Source: Catajapyx aquilonaris
Lineage: Eukaryota
NCBI GenBank assembly: GCA_000934665.2
Contig: KZ537995.1
Span: 1-64,000 of the forward strand
Direction of reading: 5' to 3'
DNA: 64,000 nt
Shown: positions 11,839 through 23,528 of the stretch, one piece after another
Layout: the number at the start of each line of letters is the position of its first letter
How positions within the stretch are numbered: the first letter of the stretch is position 1
Notes under the pieces: model-generated
Told to the model about the DNA's origin: nothing
Databases searched by the model: none
The model's input: the letters and a program-made list of their open reading frames with translations, nothing else
Program-made: the position numbers and the translations under genes

Positions 11839-12882
11839 CTATCGAACTCGCGGCGGATATGAGCCGTGAGGTGAGAGCCCCATCGGTCCGGGCGATTGGG
11901 GAGATGCGTACGGGCTAGGAGGGCATCGAGGAGCCGGACGCCGCCTGCGGGCAGCGCCCTGAACTATCGTCATCATTATAGCAGCCTCGGGATGTGGGTT
12001 GAGAACCAGGCCATTAAGGTCGAGATGAAGGAGATGGTCGGGGAAGCCGACAGGAGGGGGTTCCTCCTCGTTTGCGTTTTCGTCCAGGTCTGGGTCAGGA
12101 TGGTAGTCGAGGAAATCGACAGGGCCAAGAAGGGGGCCGTTAAGGTCTTCGTCCGGGTCCGGATGGTGGATAGGAAAGTCCTCATTTACGCCCTCGTCCG
12201 GGTAAAGATCGTCTTCCGGGTCAGGATAGTGGTTAGGGACATCAGCAGGACCCAGGACAAGGCGGGGTTCGCCTTCGTCCTGGTCAGGGATGTGAATGCC
12301 ATCATCTGCCGGAAAAGGGATGGACGGGGCGACGAATTGGGCAAAGATGGCTCGACCACTCCCAGGGGCACGCGAGTCGTCGGTGTCACTTTCATCGGCA
12401 TCAACGTCATCTCGATCCCGCGCCCCAGGGTAGACTTCGAAGTTTGGAGGGTAACCACAGAGGAGAGGTGGAAACGGATGACCCTCTGCCGCAGGGGGGA
12501 TGGAACTGTCCGAGTCCTCTAGTGGTGGTAGGTCGCCTAGGTCAGAATAAATGGAAATGTCCGAGTCCTCTAGTGGTGGTAGGTCGCCTAGGTCAGAAGT
12601 AGAGGAGATGTCCGGACTCTCTGTCCGCTCTTCCCGGTTGAGCCACCCGAAATGCTCCAAACAGAGATAGAGGAATACAAGAATACTTCCCACCATCCTA
12701 TAGCAGTAGGAAGCCCCTGGCGCGAACTTGGTAGAAAAGAGAAAAAAGGCCCTAGTTCTAGCACCTCTGATGAAAGAGAACTGATGGGATACCGAGAGAG
12801 GCCAGGAGGTATATAGGAAGTCACTCAAAAACGCCCCCCTCCGCCAAATCACTCTCGCTCTCCCCTCTCGAGACCACGGCAA
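11839..12882 (-). CDS. Accessory ORF, hydrophobic N-part and long acidic Pro/Asp-rich tail (may extend to ~13145 via frameshifts)
   Basis: 347-codon ORF; duplicated SDLGDLPPLEDSD (48-bp tandem at ~12507-12600); HHPDPDED-type repeats; upstream hydrophobic frames 12821-13145. Confidence 0.5.
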   Translation of the reverse strand: MPWSREGRARVIWRRGAFLSDFLYTSWPLSVSHQFSFIRGARTRAFFLFSTKFAPGASYCYRMVGSILVFLYLCLEHFGWLNREERTESPDISSTSDLGDLPPLEDSDISIYSDLGDLPPLEDSDSSIPPAAEGHPFPPLLCGYPPNFEVYPGARDRDDVDADESDTDDSRAPGSGRAIFAQFVAPSIPFPADDGIHIPDQDEGEPRLVLGPADVPNHYPDPEDDLYPDEGVNEDFPIHHPDPDEDLNGPLLGPVDFLDYHPDPDLDENANEEEPPPVGFPDHLLHLDLNGLVLNPHPEAAIMMTIVQGAARRRRPAPRCPPSPYASPQSPGPMGLSPHGSYPPRVR

Positions 12883-13266
12883 ATAGAGGAAAAAATAGTC
12901 CCACGCATAGAGTGGATGACTCAGTTACCCAGCTCAGCCAGCTAGGGTTACATAAGCTAAGCAGGAAAAGAGAAAAGAGGTAGTTGCATAAGGACAAGGA
13001 AAAGACAGGCAAACTGCGCAGCGAGTAGGACGAAAACAGGATGTGGGAAAAGAAACGTGTACCGCATAGTAATGGTCATTGAACTGAATAACGTCAAAAA
13101 GATAAAAAGGTCGATCCTAAAGGGCGACGGATATCCAATACGCACGGATATGAGTCCGGTTATGCACTCTGTAAGAGTGGGTCGGCATCAGGTGGTGGTC
13201 ACCAAAAGTAGTTCACGCCGCATTGCCATACCACATGGGGAAGCCTATAGGTAGGTCATTTAGGTC

Positions 13267-14035
13267 ATGAGGGCTAACTTGGTGGGATTACTGGTGTGGG
13301 CAGTGCTGGTGATTTGTTTGGTGGGAAACATATCCGCAATTCAGGTCGAAGTGAACAGTGGCCTTCGAATTGTCCCAGTAGGCGGCATATTGGCCTACAG
13401 CAGTGTCCTCCCCATTTTTTACACGATTCCCTTAGCAGAGATCAAGGGACCAGTCCCGGGAGCCCCCTGTAACTCTGAACACCAGTGCGTAGTAGATCTC
13501 GTAAGCCGCCTGTACGAGTCTCAACTGTACAAGGCTTTTCGGTTCAATCCGCAACCAGGAGCGAAGGTGAATCCGGATGAACTGCTTGCTAACGGTGCCA
13601 GTAGTCGGGATTTTTGTTGCTATCGTCCAAAGAGCCACCTACATTCCCTGTTTATAGCGGAAGAGGAATGGGAGGCCCTAAGCACACTTATTGGGAAAAA
13701 GAAAGCGAGCGAGAAATTCGTATATCGAACCCTGAATGTTAGTGCCTCAGAGGGCTCCTCACAAGGTCATTTGCCTCCACTTATTAAGAGTGTAACCCGT
13801 TTGCATTTGTTTCTCCTTCGCCATTATGCGATTGAGGCGTGTGCGAATGCCCGGATTCCGTATGCACTAATTTCACCAGAGCAGTTGTTGTCCGATTTAA
13901 AAGAAGTGGAGGTAGTCGCTCGTACTGTAGGGCTGGAACCGGTTCTATCAAAGAATCAAATAGGGGAATATTTCCGGTTGAAATTGGTTGAGTGTGCCGT
14001 AACTGCCAATCAGCTGGCAGTTATAATTAACCCTT
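13267..14035 (+). CDS. Second, antisense F-type envelope-like glycoprotein (env2), 3'-truncated
   Basis: Signal peptide MRANLVGLLVWAVLVICLVGNISA; SGLRIVPVGGILAYSSVLPIFY resembles the env1 N-terminus; AIEACANARIPYALISPEQLLSDL...YFRLKLVEC resembles the F-protein core; no RxxR site. Confidence 0.7.
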
Positions 14036-14565
14036 TCAAATCCTTGGTGGTTACTAAGCTGCAACGCGCAGCAAAAAGATCCCCCAGTAGGTCAATGCCC
14101 CGCTTCGAGCGTGTCTCAAATTCGGATTCCCTTATGGACTGGTACATGTCGAACTGCTGGGTGTGCACCTGGTGCTGCAGTTTCTTAATACCGTCCCACA
14201 TTCTGCACTCGTTTGCAGTTTCATTCCCATTACACCAGGCGTCTGGGATAGAGGTCAAAGTGGACAAATTACTCATTGGATCTGGCCATGGTGCCTGGTA
14301 CATTACTGTACGTCAAGGGAACGCTCCCTTCGTACGTAATCGTATTTTTGTGCAAGATCCAGTGTGCCCCTGCGGAAATCTTTACCTCGATTTCCCCTAC
14401 ATAATTTTCGGGTTCCCACTCACCATAGGATGCTAGGACCCATGGGACCCACGAGCACGCAATGACGGTCCCAACGGCTGAAATTAAAGAACAATTCCTG
14501 TCCAGCTTATTTACAAAGTACCCCTCACTCTCATTTCGGGGAAATACGTCTCTAAAATTAACCAT
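14030..14565 (-). pseudogene. env: F-type env (env1), frameshifted and truncated after the fusion peptide
   Basis: Hydrophobic signal-like segment, CNGNETANEC, furin site RSKR followed by fusion-peptide-like GIDLLGDLFAA; frameshift near 14303. Confidence 0.8.
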
Positions 14566-14774
14566 TGCTTATCCTATTTGTCACATTTCCCCTTTTCTCT
14601 CCAGGCCTGACTTGCCTGCTTACACCTCTTATCCTATTTCCGGTGTTTTGTTTACACTTCTTTTTCTCCTTATCGTTTACTCTTTCCTGCCAAGGCGGAC
14701 ACTGCTTTTTATGTCTGATACGGTTCTTGTTTTTCTCTGCGCAGTCATCCCCTTGGGTGCAGCTACAACTGGTG

Positions 14775-17700
14775 CTACTTTCTCCCGTCTTCGGGTTCAT
14801 CTACCTCATCCTGGTAGGTACACTTTTTTTCACGAAAAGCCGGTTTAAGTTTTTCTATGTGGACAGTTTCGACAACTACACGGCCACCGAGTTTTGGTAT
14901 CTCTGCTTTATATTTCAGAGGTGATAACCGTTCTAATATTCGGCCCGGTCCGTAAAAGTTGCGTAGCAGCTTCTCAGCTTTCCCCACTTTGCGTGTGGGT
15001 ATTTTCACAAAAACTTCCGCCCCTACTTTGTACTCATTATCGCGGCGGCCTAGGTCGAAGCGTACCGTTTGGTACTTTTGGCACACTCCTATCCTTTCTT
15101 TTGCTAGCTTTCGGGCCTCTCGCGCCTTATCATGCAGTAGAGTCGCGTCCACGTGTTCCGGGTCATACAAGACTGTGTCCGGAAACAATGTGGCCTCCTT
15201 TCCGTACACCAGATAATACGGACTCATTCGGGTAGTGGCCTGTACACTAGTGTTGTATGAGAATGCCAGGAGTGACAAATGAGTATCCCAGTCCTTTTGA
15301 TTGGTCGATACATAATGCGACACGTAATTTGCTGCTGTCTGCATAAAACGCTTAATCAAGCCATTTGCTTGTTGGTGATATGCCGCGGTCAATCTGTGCT
15401 CACATCCCGCCATTTTCAGAATCTGGCCAGTCAACCCTGATGTGAAATTTCTTCCTCTGTCGGAAGTCAGCAGCTGACGTGGGATACCGAATCTACAGAA
15501 GACATTCTCAACCAGGAAGCGCGCCGCAGTAATCGCAGAACAATCAGTTATGGCCTTAATCTCAATCCATTTACTAAGATACTCAATGGCCAAAATAGCG
15601 TAACAATTCCCACTATCGCTGCGTGGGAATTTTCCTAGTACATCCACCGCCCAGTGGTCACCAAAGTCTCCCACGACCACTGGTTCTAATAGTCCTTGGG
15701 GGTTTTGAGATAAGGGCTTCCTGGTCTGGCAGCTACGGCAAGCCGTTACGAAGGTCGTGACGTCGCTGCATAGCCCCTCCCAATAGTACCGGTCCTGTAT
15801 TTTATTCAAGGTCTTGACTATCCCCAAATGCCCTGCACTTGGTTCTGAATGGTTGACCTTGATCAGCTCGCGCCTCAATTCTTTCGGTATCACTAGTAAG
15901 AAGAGTCGCCCTCGTGGGCCGAAGCTCTTCCGGTGCAGTTTCCCTTCTTTTAGCACGAAACTGCGCGTCTGTCTTACTAGATGTCTGTTCGTTTCCTATC
16001 CCGGATCTTCGATCGCCCGGATTATCGCTCCTATTTGTGGATCCGCCCTTTGTAGAACCCCTACATCTGCGTCTGCTATAGCTATACACGTGATGTCGGC
16101 TATACTCTCGTCCTCTTCAGGGTCGAGAGGTCCGATGGGGTTTCGTGATAGGGTGTCACAATCGCTGTGCACTCGCCCAGGTCGGTGAATTATGCTAAAA
16201 TTTAGATCTTGGAGTTTCAGACTCCATCCAGATAGCCTTGCGGAATTGTCCGCAAATTTCTGAAGCCACAATAAACTGTGGTGATCGGTGACCACGACGA
16301 AATGTCTTCCCCAAATATACGGTCTAAACAGCTTAGTACTCCATACCACGCACAGGCATTCCAGTTCCGTGACCGTATAGCGCTTCTCGCTTCCGGTCAA
16401 GGATCTGGAGGCATAAGCCACCGGGTGGTCGGTCTTGTCCAGCTGTTCTTGCAGTAATACTGCCCCTAATGCTAATAGGGACGCATCCACGTGAATTTTG
16501 ACCTCTAGTTCCGGGTTGAAATGCATCAGCACCGGGGGAATGCACAGTTTTTCTTTTAAGGCTTCGAACGCATCATTCTGCTCGGGACCCCAAACAAAAG
16601 CTTCATCTTTTCTAGTAAGACGAGTTAGAGGACAGGCTATAGTCGCGAACCCTTCTACAAATTTCCTATAGAAGTTGGCCAGGCCCAAGAATGATCTCAC
16701 CCCTCTGAGATTTTTTGGGATTGGAAACTCGGAAACCGCCATCAGCTTATCGTCATCTGGTGCAATGCCCCTGGCAGACACTATGTGCCATAAAATTTTG
16801 ACCTGCCCATATCCAAAGGAACATTTCGAGGGTTTAATTTTGAGATTCACTTTCTTGAATCGTCGTCTAAATAGATGAGGGCCGTGTTCCATTTTAGGTC
16901 ACTTAATACGACTTCCATGACCCTTTCGAACTGGGCTGGAGCTCCGCAAAGGCCAAAGGGCATGACCTTAAACTGATAAAGACCTTCTGAGGTCACAAAC
17001 GCGGTTTTCTCGCGATCTTCCGGTTTCACCTTCAACTGCCAATAACCCGATTCCAAGTCCAGGGTAGTGAAGGAACTGGTCCCGTTGAGGGTCGCCAGTA
17101 AATCGTCAATTCGGGGCAACGGAAACTGGTCCTGTTTGGTTACTCGGTTAACTTTCCGGTAGTCCACGCAAAAGCGCCAGGCTCCGCATTTCTTTTTGAC
17201 AAGGACCACGGGAGATGCCCAGGGCGATACACTGGGTCCTATGACTCCCATTTTCAACATATCGGTGACCTGATCTCTTATCAGATCTCTCTCTGCGGGT
17301 GAGGTACTGTACGGTGCCTGCGATATGGGCAAACTGTCCCCTGTGTCTATCACACACTCGTGACCTGCTAGTTGACCCATTTGTAAGGGTTCAAATGCTA
17401 TACAGTCAGAAAAGTGTCGTAGTACTACTAATAATCGAAAAACGGGACTTTCCGCTATCGTCAGACAAGGCTGGCTCGTTTCCAGCGAATTTGGCCGGAA
17501 GCAACCCGCTTTTGGGTTCAACTTCCCGTAATTGGGTTGCGACCTAAACACCGGCGTGGGCCTCCCCTTTTCCAGATATCCCAATGTCGTACCAGCGTGT
17601 AACACGACTGGTTCATTCAAGAGATTCTCTAGGACGACGCACACGTCCGTTGTAGGGTCGGCTATAGGGGTGGTCATTAATCTGACCCCCTTTTTAAACA

Positions 17701-17800
17701 CTAATTCTTCACTGGCCACCGCATTGGCGGGCCATTCCCTTGTCTGACTCAACCTTGCCACGACCTTCTGTCGTTCTCGGCCTTGCACTCGCATTCCAAA
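14775..17800 (-). pseudogene. pol: Gypsy pol (RT, RNase H, integrase), disrupted
   Basis: RT SPWASPVVLV, LPRIDD, DLESGYWQ, MPFGL, YLDD followed by a deletion/frameshift; RNase H VDAS...ELE...TDH; IN HHCC zinc finger, D-D-E core with the E apparently changed to K (NGLIKR), GPG motif; break at ~15996; protease and gag missing from the 5' side. Confidence 0.95.
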
Positions 17801-17949
17801 CAATAAAATTATCTTGGTTACGTCATCATCATCCGCTCCGAGTGATAACTCACTCAACGCCGCCAGAGGACCATCTAGGGGCCTAATATAGCTAAACCGG
17901 GTCGTCACACGCTTTTGATTTAGGTAATAGGTCACGAAATGTCTAAACG

Positions 17950-18144
17950 TATGCCGCAAAATTCCCCACTTCTGCTAATAGGTGTGTTGCAATGGGACAT
18001 CCGTTTAGTAAGGTCATTACTGACGCAAACGGAAAGTCCCACATGAGTCACAAAAAATCCCTTTTTTCTCCTACATTGTTGCAGGTTGAGAAAATACGCC
18101 ATTAGTTTGAGCATACACCGTGTTGCGGAGTCAATTATCTGACA
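17950..18144 (-). repeat. Truncated 5' LTR
   Basis: 195 bp near-identical to 9807-10001; similarity is lost further inward. Confidence 0.85.
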
Positions 18145-18159
18145 ATATTGACGCTATGT

Positions 18160-18764
18160 ACAGTACATCCTTTTTCCGGCCAGAAAAATAACTGCAAGAT
18201 GTTTGAAATGACCACCTGACAATCACACAACAAGACTCCAAATATCTACCACACTTCCACAAAGAAACTATCATTAGGATGGCAGGTACTCCAAAAGCAA
18301 GGGAGTAACACGTATCGTCTTCATAGCACTTGACATCCTGCCTCAATATCGGAGTCAGAAATGCCGAGATGAGTAACCCTGCGTTGATCTAAAAGTAAAA
18401 GACGGCGAAGAAGCTCCGTAGTTGCTTCTGCTGCTCCGGAAGCTTGAATTGGTCCCCTCCAAAGGCCGACACGCATGGCCTGATTCCTCCTGTCCCAAGA
18501 GCTATCAGGGCAAGTCCCAGCATGGAGAAGGCAGTGGCTGGTAGCTTGAGAGGAGGAAGAGCCGCGACGCTGAGGACCACGCTGCCCAGAGCGTAGATTA
18601 TATGGAGACGTAAAAGAAGGTCCGGAACTTTCCCAGGAAGGAATCGGCCAGGAAGGCTCCCAGAAGAGGGGTGAAATAGCACAGCATGATGAACGAGTGG
18701 TATATCACTGTGGAGTCGTCCTCGGAGAAATTCAGCATCCCGTTCAGATACAGGACCAAGATCG
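18160..18764 (-). pseudogene. SLC15/PepT (POT family) oligopeptide transporter fragment
   Basis: AILVLYL...FTPLLGAFLADSFLGKFRT, GTGGIRPCVSAFGGDQF, FYF*INAG (premature TAG), 2-nt frameshift at ~18600, CYSLAFGVPAILM, IFLAGKRMY; truncated next to the LTR. Confidence 0.9.
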
Positions 18765-19400
18765 CTGTGGAGGGATCAAAATAATGGATTAATCTTTCTG
18801 GGGTGGATACCCCGCTCGCAGAGGTATGCTGTGCCAGTTAGTTACAGAAAATATAGAATATAGGAAAAAAAGTCTGGCTGCTGGTGCAGGATTGTAATGG
18901 TGAATATAGCGTAGGCCTACTCATTGTAAAACTGTAGTGCACAGGCTCGTTGCATTACAGGCGGGTTGGACACAATCACCGCAACAATTACGGTGCCTAC
19001 GCAGGATTTATGAGAACAAAATCACTAATATAAAATAATAGTCGCGTGGACTTTGTGGCAGACATTTTGACGCCTTTAATTTGAAAATGGAAACGCGTTA
19101 TGTTGATATAATAACACTAAAAATAGGCATTTTTATCCTGGAAAATTGTGTACGTTAGAGCATAATTTAGTCAAGCTTTGCTTGTCCACCTCCTAAAATA
19201 CGGTATATGTATATTTGTCCAAAAATGGTGCGTTTCGACATGAAACGAAAGTTAAAGGAAGGGTTCAGTGATTTTGCATGTTGAGCTCCAAAAATCAAAC
19301 ACGACTCCCTGATTTGAAATATCCGATCCGTTTTGTTGGCAAATGCACCATAAGCGTAAAATTTCAAGTCAAAGTTGACTTTTTTGAAAATCAGCGCCGA

Positions 19401-19484
19401 ACACGGCTTCCCTCTAGCCACAAGAGTGGAAGCTTCGATGCAGCGGTCGAAGCTTCCACTCTTGTGGCAAGAGGGAACCCGTGT
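19401..19484. repeat. Long palindrome (38-bp arms, 2 mismatches, 8-nt loop)
   Basis: ACACGGCTTCCCTCTAGCCACAAGAGTGGAAGCTTCGA-tgcagcgg-TCGAAGCTTCCACTCTTGTGGCAAGAGGGAACCCGTGT. Confidence 0.95.
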
Positions 19485-19516
19485 CTCGTGTAAAGATGAA
19501 AAAATGGGCTCCGAGA

Positions 19517-19762
19517 CTACTCTGTCTGGAGCTCTAGGTGTAGTCCGTCTTTGCTCGTCCTCAGACGGTTCCACCCCCGGACTCTCCCCCAGAATTTGAA
19601 CCTCACGTCCACCACGGTTCCGGAATCTCCTTCCCTCGCCCTGATGGTTAAAGTGGACTTCTCCAGTTGTACTATATTCGGCTCTTGTGGGTTGGAGCAG
19701 AAGACTTCCAAGACCAGGGTCTTCTCGTATTGTCGCCAGCTGATGTCGTGTGAGCTGCCCAT
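19517..19762 (-). CDS. Intronless 81-aa stand-alone CS (p23/HSP20-like) domain protein
   Basis: ISWRQYEKTLVLEVFCSNPQEPNIVQLEKSTLTIRAREG resembles p23/CS domains; preceded by TATATAAA, then TCAGTT ~20 nt later, then ATG. Confidence 0.6.
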   Translation of the reverse strand: MGSSHDISWRQYEKTLVLEVFCSNPQEPNIVQLEKSTLTIRAREGDSGTVVDVRFKFWGRVRGWNRLRTSKDGLHLELQTE

Positions 19763-20511
19763 CTTGTAACTGACAGTTCCATCTTCCTAGTCCTTTATAT
19801 AGGTGTTGCTTCCTTCCTTGTGCGGATGTCAACCTTCGGTTCGTGGTGATTTATAAGTCAAAACACTAATTATTATTTTGGTTACTGAAACAATAGTGTA
19901 GTGTCTTATATTTAACCTGCTGTTTCTCAGATGTGTCACCTGCTGGAATAGTTCCAGTGAAGTGAACAGGTGCACCATCACCTGCTTTTATGGTGAGTGA
20001 AAAAAAAAGTTTTTAATAGCTTCATTTATTTGACATGTGCAAAGTGTAAAACCCCGCCCATTTAAGAGACGATTTGACTGTTGCATGTTAGGTCTTGTCG
20101 CATCGATGTTAAATTTAAAGACGGTTTGGTTGTTTGTCAGTCATGTGTTAGGCGTCAACCAAAACACTTCGAGTGAGTACTAAAACTTATTTGTTATTGC
20201 ATAGTTTAACAATAGTATATTTTCAGTGATGTCTGCTGTGTCATCCGATGGCCCTATGTGGTATGGTGTTGCAGAAAAACTCAGAATTGATGCTAAATTT
20301 AAGTATATAATTGAACGCATTAAGAAGCATCCAAACTGGATAGTGATTTTGAACGGTTCAGTTCTTCGTCCTTGTACTTGTACTAGAGAACATGTGCTAA
20401 AGGCAATGGATTTCTTAGAGTGAACTGCTGGGCCCATGGCCCCGCCCCCAAACAAACTTCTCTCCTCCCACCTCCCTCCTCCCCAACTTCTCCCCCCCAC
20501 CAATTTGGCAC

Positions 20512-20842
20512 TGTGACCATTTCATTTGGACATGTCTGTACATGGTCCTATTATTTTGTGCTCACATGTACTTACACCCCGACTGGTCAAGTGACGTCAC
20601 CTGTCTGCTGCTCCCATCTCGCATTGGGTTTGCACCACTACTTAAGCGCGCAACGCAGGGGCCTCTTGGCCATTCGCTGGGAGAGTATCCTGGTTGACTG
20701 GTCACTCCTTACCACCCTCCCCTACCTAGCTGTCCTTTTTCCTTCATATCACTGGGTGACATTTTGAACAGAATAAACTGTCTGACTTAACTTGAACCCA
20801 CTGTCTTTGGTTTTGTGTATGTACCTAGCCGCTCAGGTCACA
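20512..20842 (+). mobile_element. Solo LTR (331 bp)
   Basis: TGTGACC...GGTCACA inverted ends, 4-bp TSD GCAC on both sides, AATAAA at ~20772. Confidence 0.88.
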
Positions 20843-22077
20843 GCACCATGACAACATGTATCCCTCCGCCAGAGCCGTAGAACTTATTCCGATGGTGCTT
20901 ATGCGCGCCGAAAAGAAGTGAAAAGAAGAGATTCGAACACCGTTGCCTTGGATTCGAACAATGCTTCGAAATTACGCGGGCACTGATCCCGATGCTCTTT
21001 TGTCTCTCGCCTTGAAAGTAGTCCCCATGTGGCAAGGTTGCTGATTTTAATTTTTCTATTACGCTATTCTAAATAATGCTTTAGTGTTCATAAATTATGT
21101 CAGAACCAAATAATTGATATCGGTCGAACTCCTTTTTAAAATACACCGTCAATTACATTTATGTATTTTCACCAGGCAACCTTACTGTGACGCACGGTCA
21201 TACAAGCGACCCCATTGGTTCGCCCGGGGGGGGCGTGTCTGTTCACTCTAAGAAATCCATTGCCTTTTTTTAAACCGTGTTCTCATCACATCAAGATTCA
21301 CATCTGTTTTGGGATTGTGACGATTTGCAAATGGAGGATAATGATTTTTGTACCCATGTGAAAGGGTTGGATGTAACAACTGATTTGCTCCCACTGGCGA
21401 GAATGGGTGGGCATTTGCTATTATTAACTCCCATTTGTCAACGAATACTTATCACCCCTGAAAGTGTGAGTAGACTCCAAAAACCAAATTTTAATATTCC
21501 ACTTGCCTGTTGTGATATGATGTTTGCATCTCTCGCAAATTTGAGAGATGCATTTGATAAATGGATTTGTAAATATGTAAAATGATCAACATCTAGGACT
21601 CTGATGGTGAGAAATCAGGTGAGTTGATATTTTTAAATATTTATCATCCCTTCTTACACGACTCTCTTCCCATAGATTATGCAACTCTACACGCTTCTCA
21701 GCGTTCCCCTCAAGAATGTGAAGACGCCGGAAAAAATAATTATTGTGAATGTTGTCACATAAAATAAAAATGTCTTGAAACATGGTGTCTCCTTTTTTAG
21801 GGGGAGAAACCTGTCTCGTAGGTTTGACGTTATGCGGACCAGGTGGCAGTTGACCCGGTGTCTCATTTTTTTACATGGGTGTCATGTAACGTCTCAGATC
21901 AGCTGGTATGGGCAGGTGTCTCAATTTTTCACAGGGGTTAAACCTGTTGTGTAGGTGTATCGTCTACTGATCAGCTGAAACCGGTAGCAGGTGTCTCTAG
22001 CACACCTATCCACAACCCTTTCCCTTGTTCCAACACTGTAAAAGTCTTTCTTCTAAGCATTCGACAATTTCAACTCA

Positions 22078-23515
22078 CAAGGAACACTATCCAAGTGTCA
22101 CTCGCCGATTTTCATGAAATTTGGTGCATTGGTAGCCCACCCCAAGGGATGAAAAACGCACCTAAGGTTACCTGCTCAAAATGATCCTGTGACCCATTTT
22201 TGAGGTTGCCAAATTTCAACTCGTAAAATTCAATCATCACCGATTTTCATCAAATTCGGTGCATTGGTAGCCCACCCCAAGGGATGAAAAACGCACCTAA
22301 AGTTACCTGCTCAAAATGATCCTGCGACTCATTTTTGAGGTTGCCAAATTTCAACTCGTAAAATTCAATCATCACCGATTTTCATCAAATTCGGTGCATT
22401 GGTTGGATTTATAAAGAATGACATTTTCTCAGGACATATTTATGTCAATAAAGCAGTGTTTGACACAAACAAAATGATGTCAAATACTGGACAAAACGTA
22501 CTTGTGAAACAAAAAACAAGAGAGTCATTCCATGTCCGTTTTTATATCTCCGTAAGATTTGACTCCAGCGGCCTCAAATTGAGGATTTCGCAATTAGGTG
22601 TGGATACCTACATACTTGATTTTTTCAGTTACATCGGAAGGGGTCAAGCCACAACTTTTCAGAAACAGAATTTAGATGGAATGACCCAATTATCATTATT
22701 TTCCTCACATGTAATGAAATTCCATTTTCGTATGACAGCATAGAGATCCCACACTGAAATTTTCACTAGACCTTCAGTAGATGTGTACCAATAATATGTG
22801 TGAATTATGGGAACATTTTAAATCATACCTATTTTTGGAAAATGTAAAAAGAAATTTCGAAAAGTCCCGAAAAACGTATGTGTCCTGAATAACAATACAT
22901 GTTACATAATTATATATCATATGAAAGCCCTATTCATTGGCTTAAAATGAGATCATTGCCAGCTGGTATCTGGAACGGTTCTCTGGGAAATCATATTTAA
23001 AGGTTTGTCGGTGAGCGGTTTTTGGGAGCTTTTGCAATTATTGAACATTCCAAAATTCAAAAACCGATGACAGGAAAAAATTTTACAATATATTTTTGTC
23101 CATGTCAGATGGGAAGGAACAGGTCTCCCAAAAATTACCCAAATCCATGACTTCAAAATTCAAAACTTATTATTTATTTGATGATTTGACATGGAATGAC
23201 TCTCTTGTTTTTTTGTTTCACAAGTACGTTTTTCCAGTATTTGACATCATTTTGTTTGTGTCAAACACTGCTTTATTGACATAAATATGTCCTGAGAAGA
23301 TGTCATTCTTTATAAATCCAACCAATGCACCGAATTTGATGAAAATCGGTGATGATTGAATTTTATATACGAGTTGAAATTTGGCAACCTCAAAAATGAG
23401 TCGCAGGATCATTTTGAGCAGGTAACTTTAGGTGCGTTTTTCATCCCTTGGGGTGGGCTACCAATGCACCGAATTTGATGAAAATCGGCGAGTGACACTT
23501 GGATAGTGTCCCTTG
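22078..23515. mobile_element. Non-autonomous DNA transposon with long TIRs (PIF/Harbinger-type 3-bp TSD)
   Basis: Ends CAAGGAACACTATCCAAGTGTCACTCGCCG / CGGCGAGTGACACTTGGATAGTGTCCCTTG; arms >300 bp; the left arm has a tandemly duplicated ~125-bp unit; TSD TCA. Confidence 0.9.
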
Positions 23516-23528
23516 TCAGTATGTTACC

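Larger units (their letters stand above)
9293..18144 (-). mobile_element. Degenerate env-bearing Ty3/Gypsy LTR retrotransposon (errantivirus-like) with accessory ORFs
   Basis: 195-bp direct repeats at 9807-10001 and 17950-18144 (3 mismatches), starting TGTCAGA on the minus strand; PPT AGGTGGGGGA abuts 10001; RT-RNaseH-IN order; F-like env. Confidence 0.92.

Noticed and set aside
11896..12522. 208-aa Val/Arg-rich plus-strand ORF
   Set aside because: Antisense shadow of the Asp/Pro-rich accessory ORF
14036..14436. C-terminal third of the 389-aa ORF 13267-14436
   Set aside because: It is the antisense read-through of env1 past the deletion junction, not genuine env2 sequence
19167..19832. 221-aa minus-strand ORF
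   Set aside because: Non-ATG start and it runs through the palindrome; the 81-aa frame has the promoter and domain support
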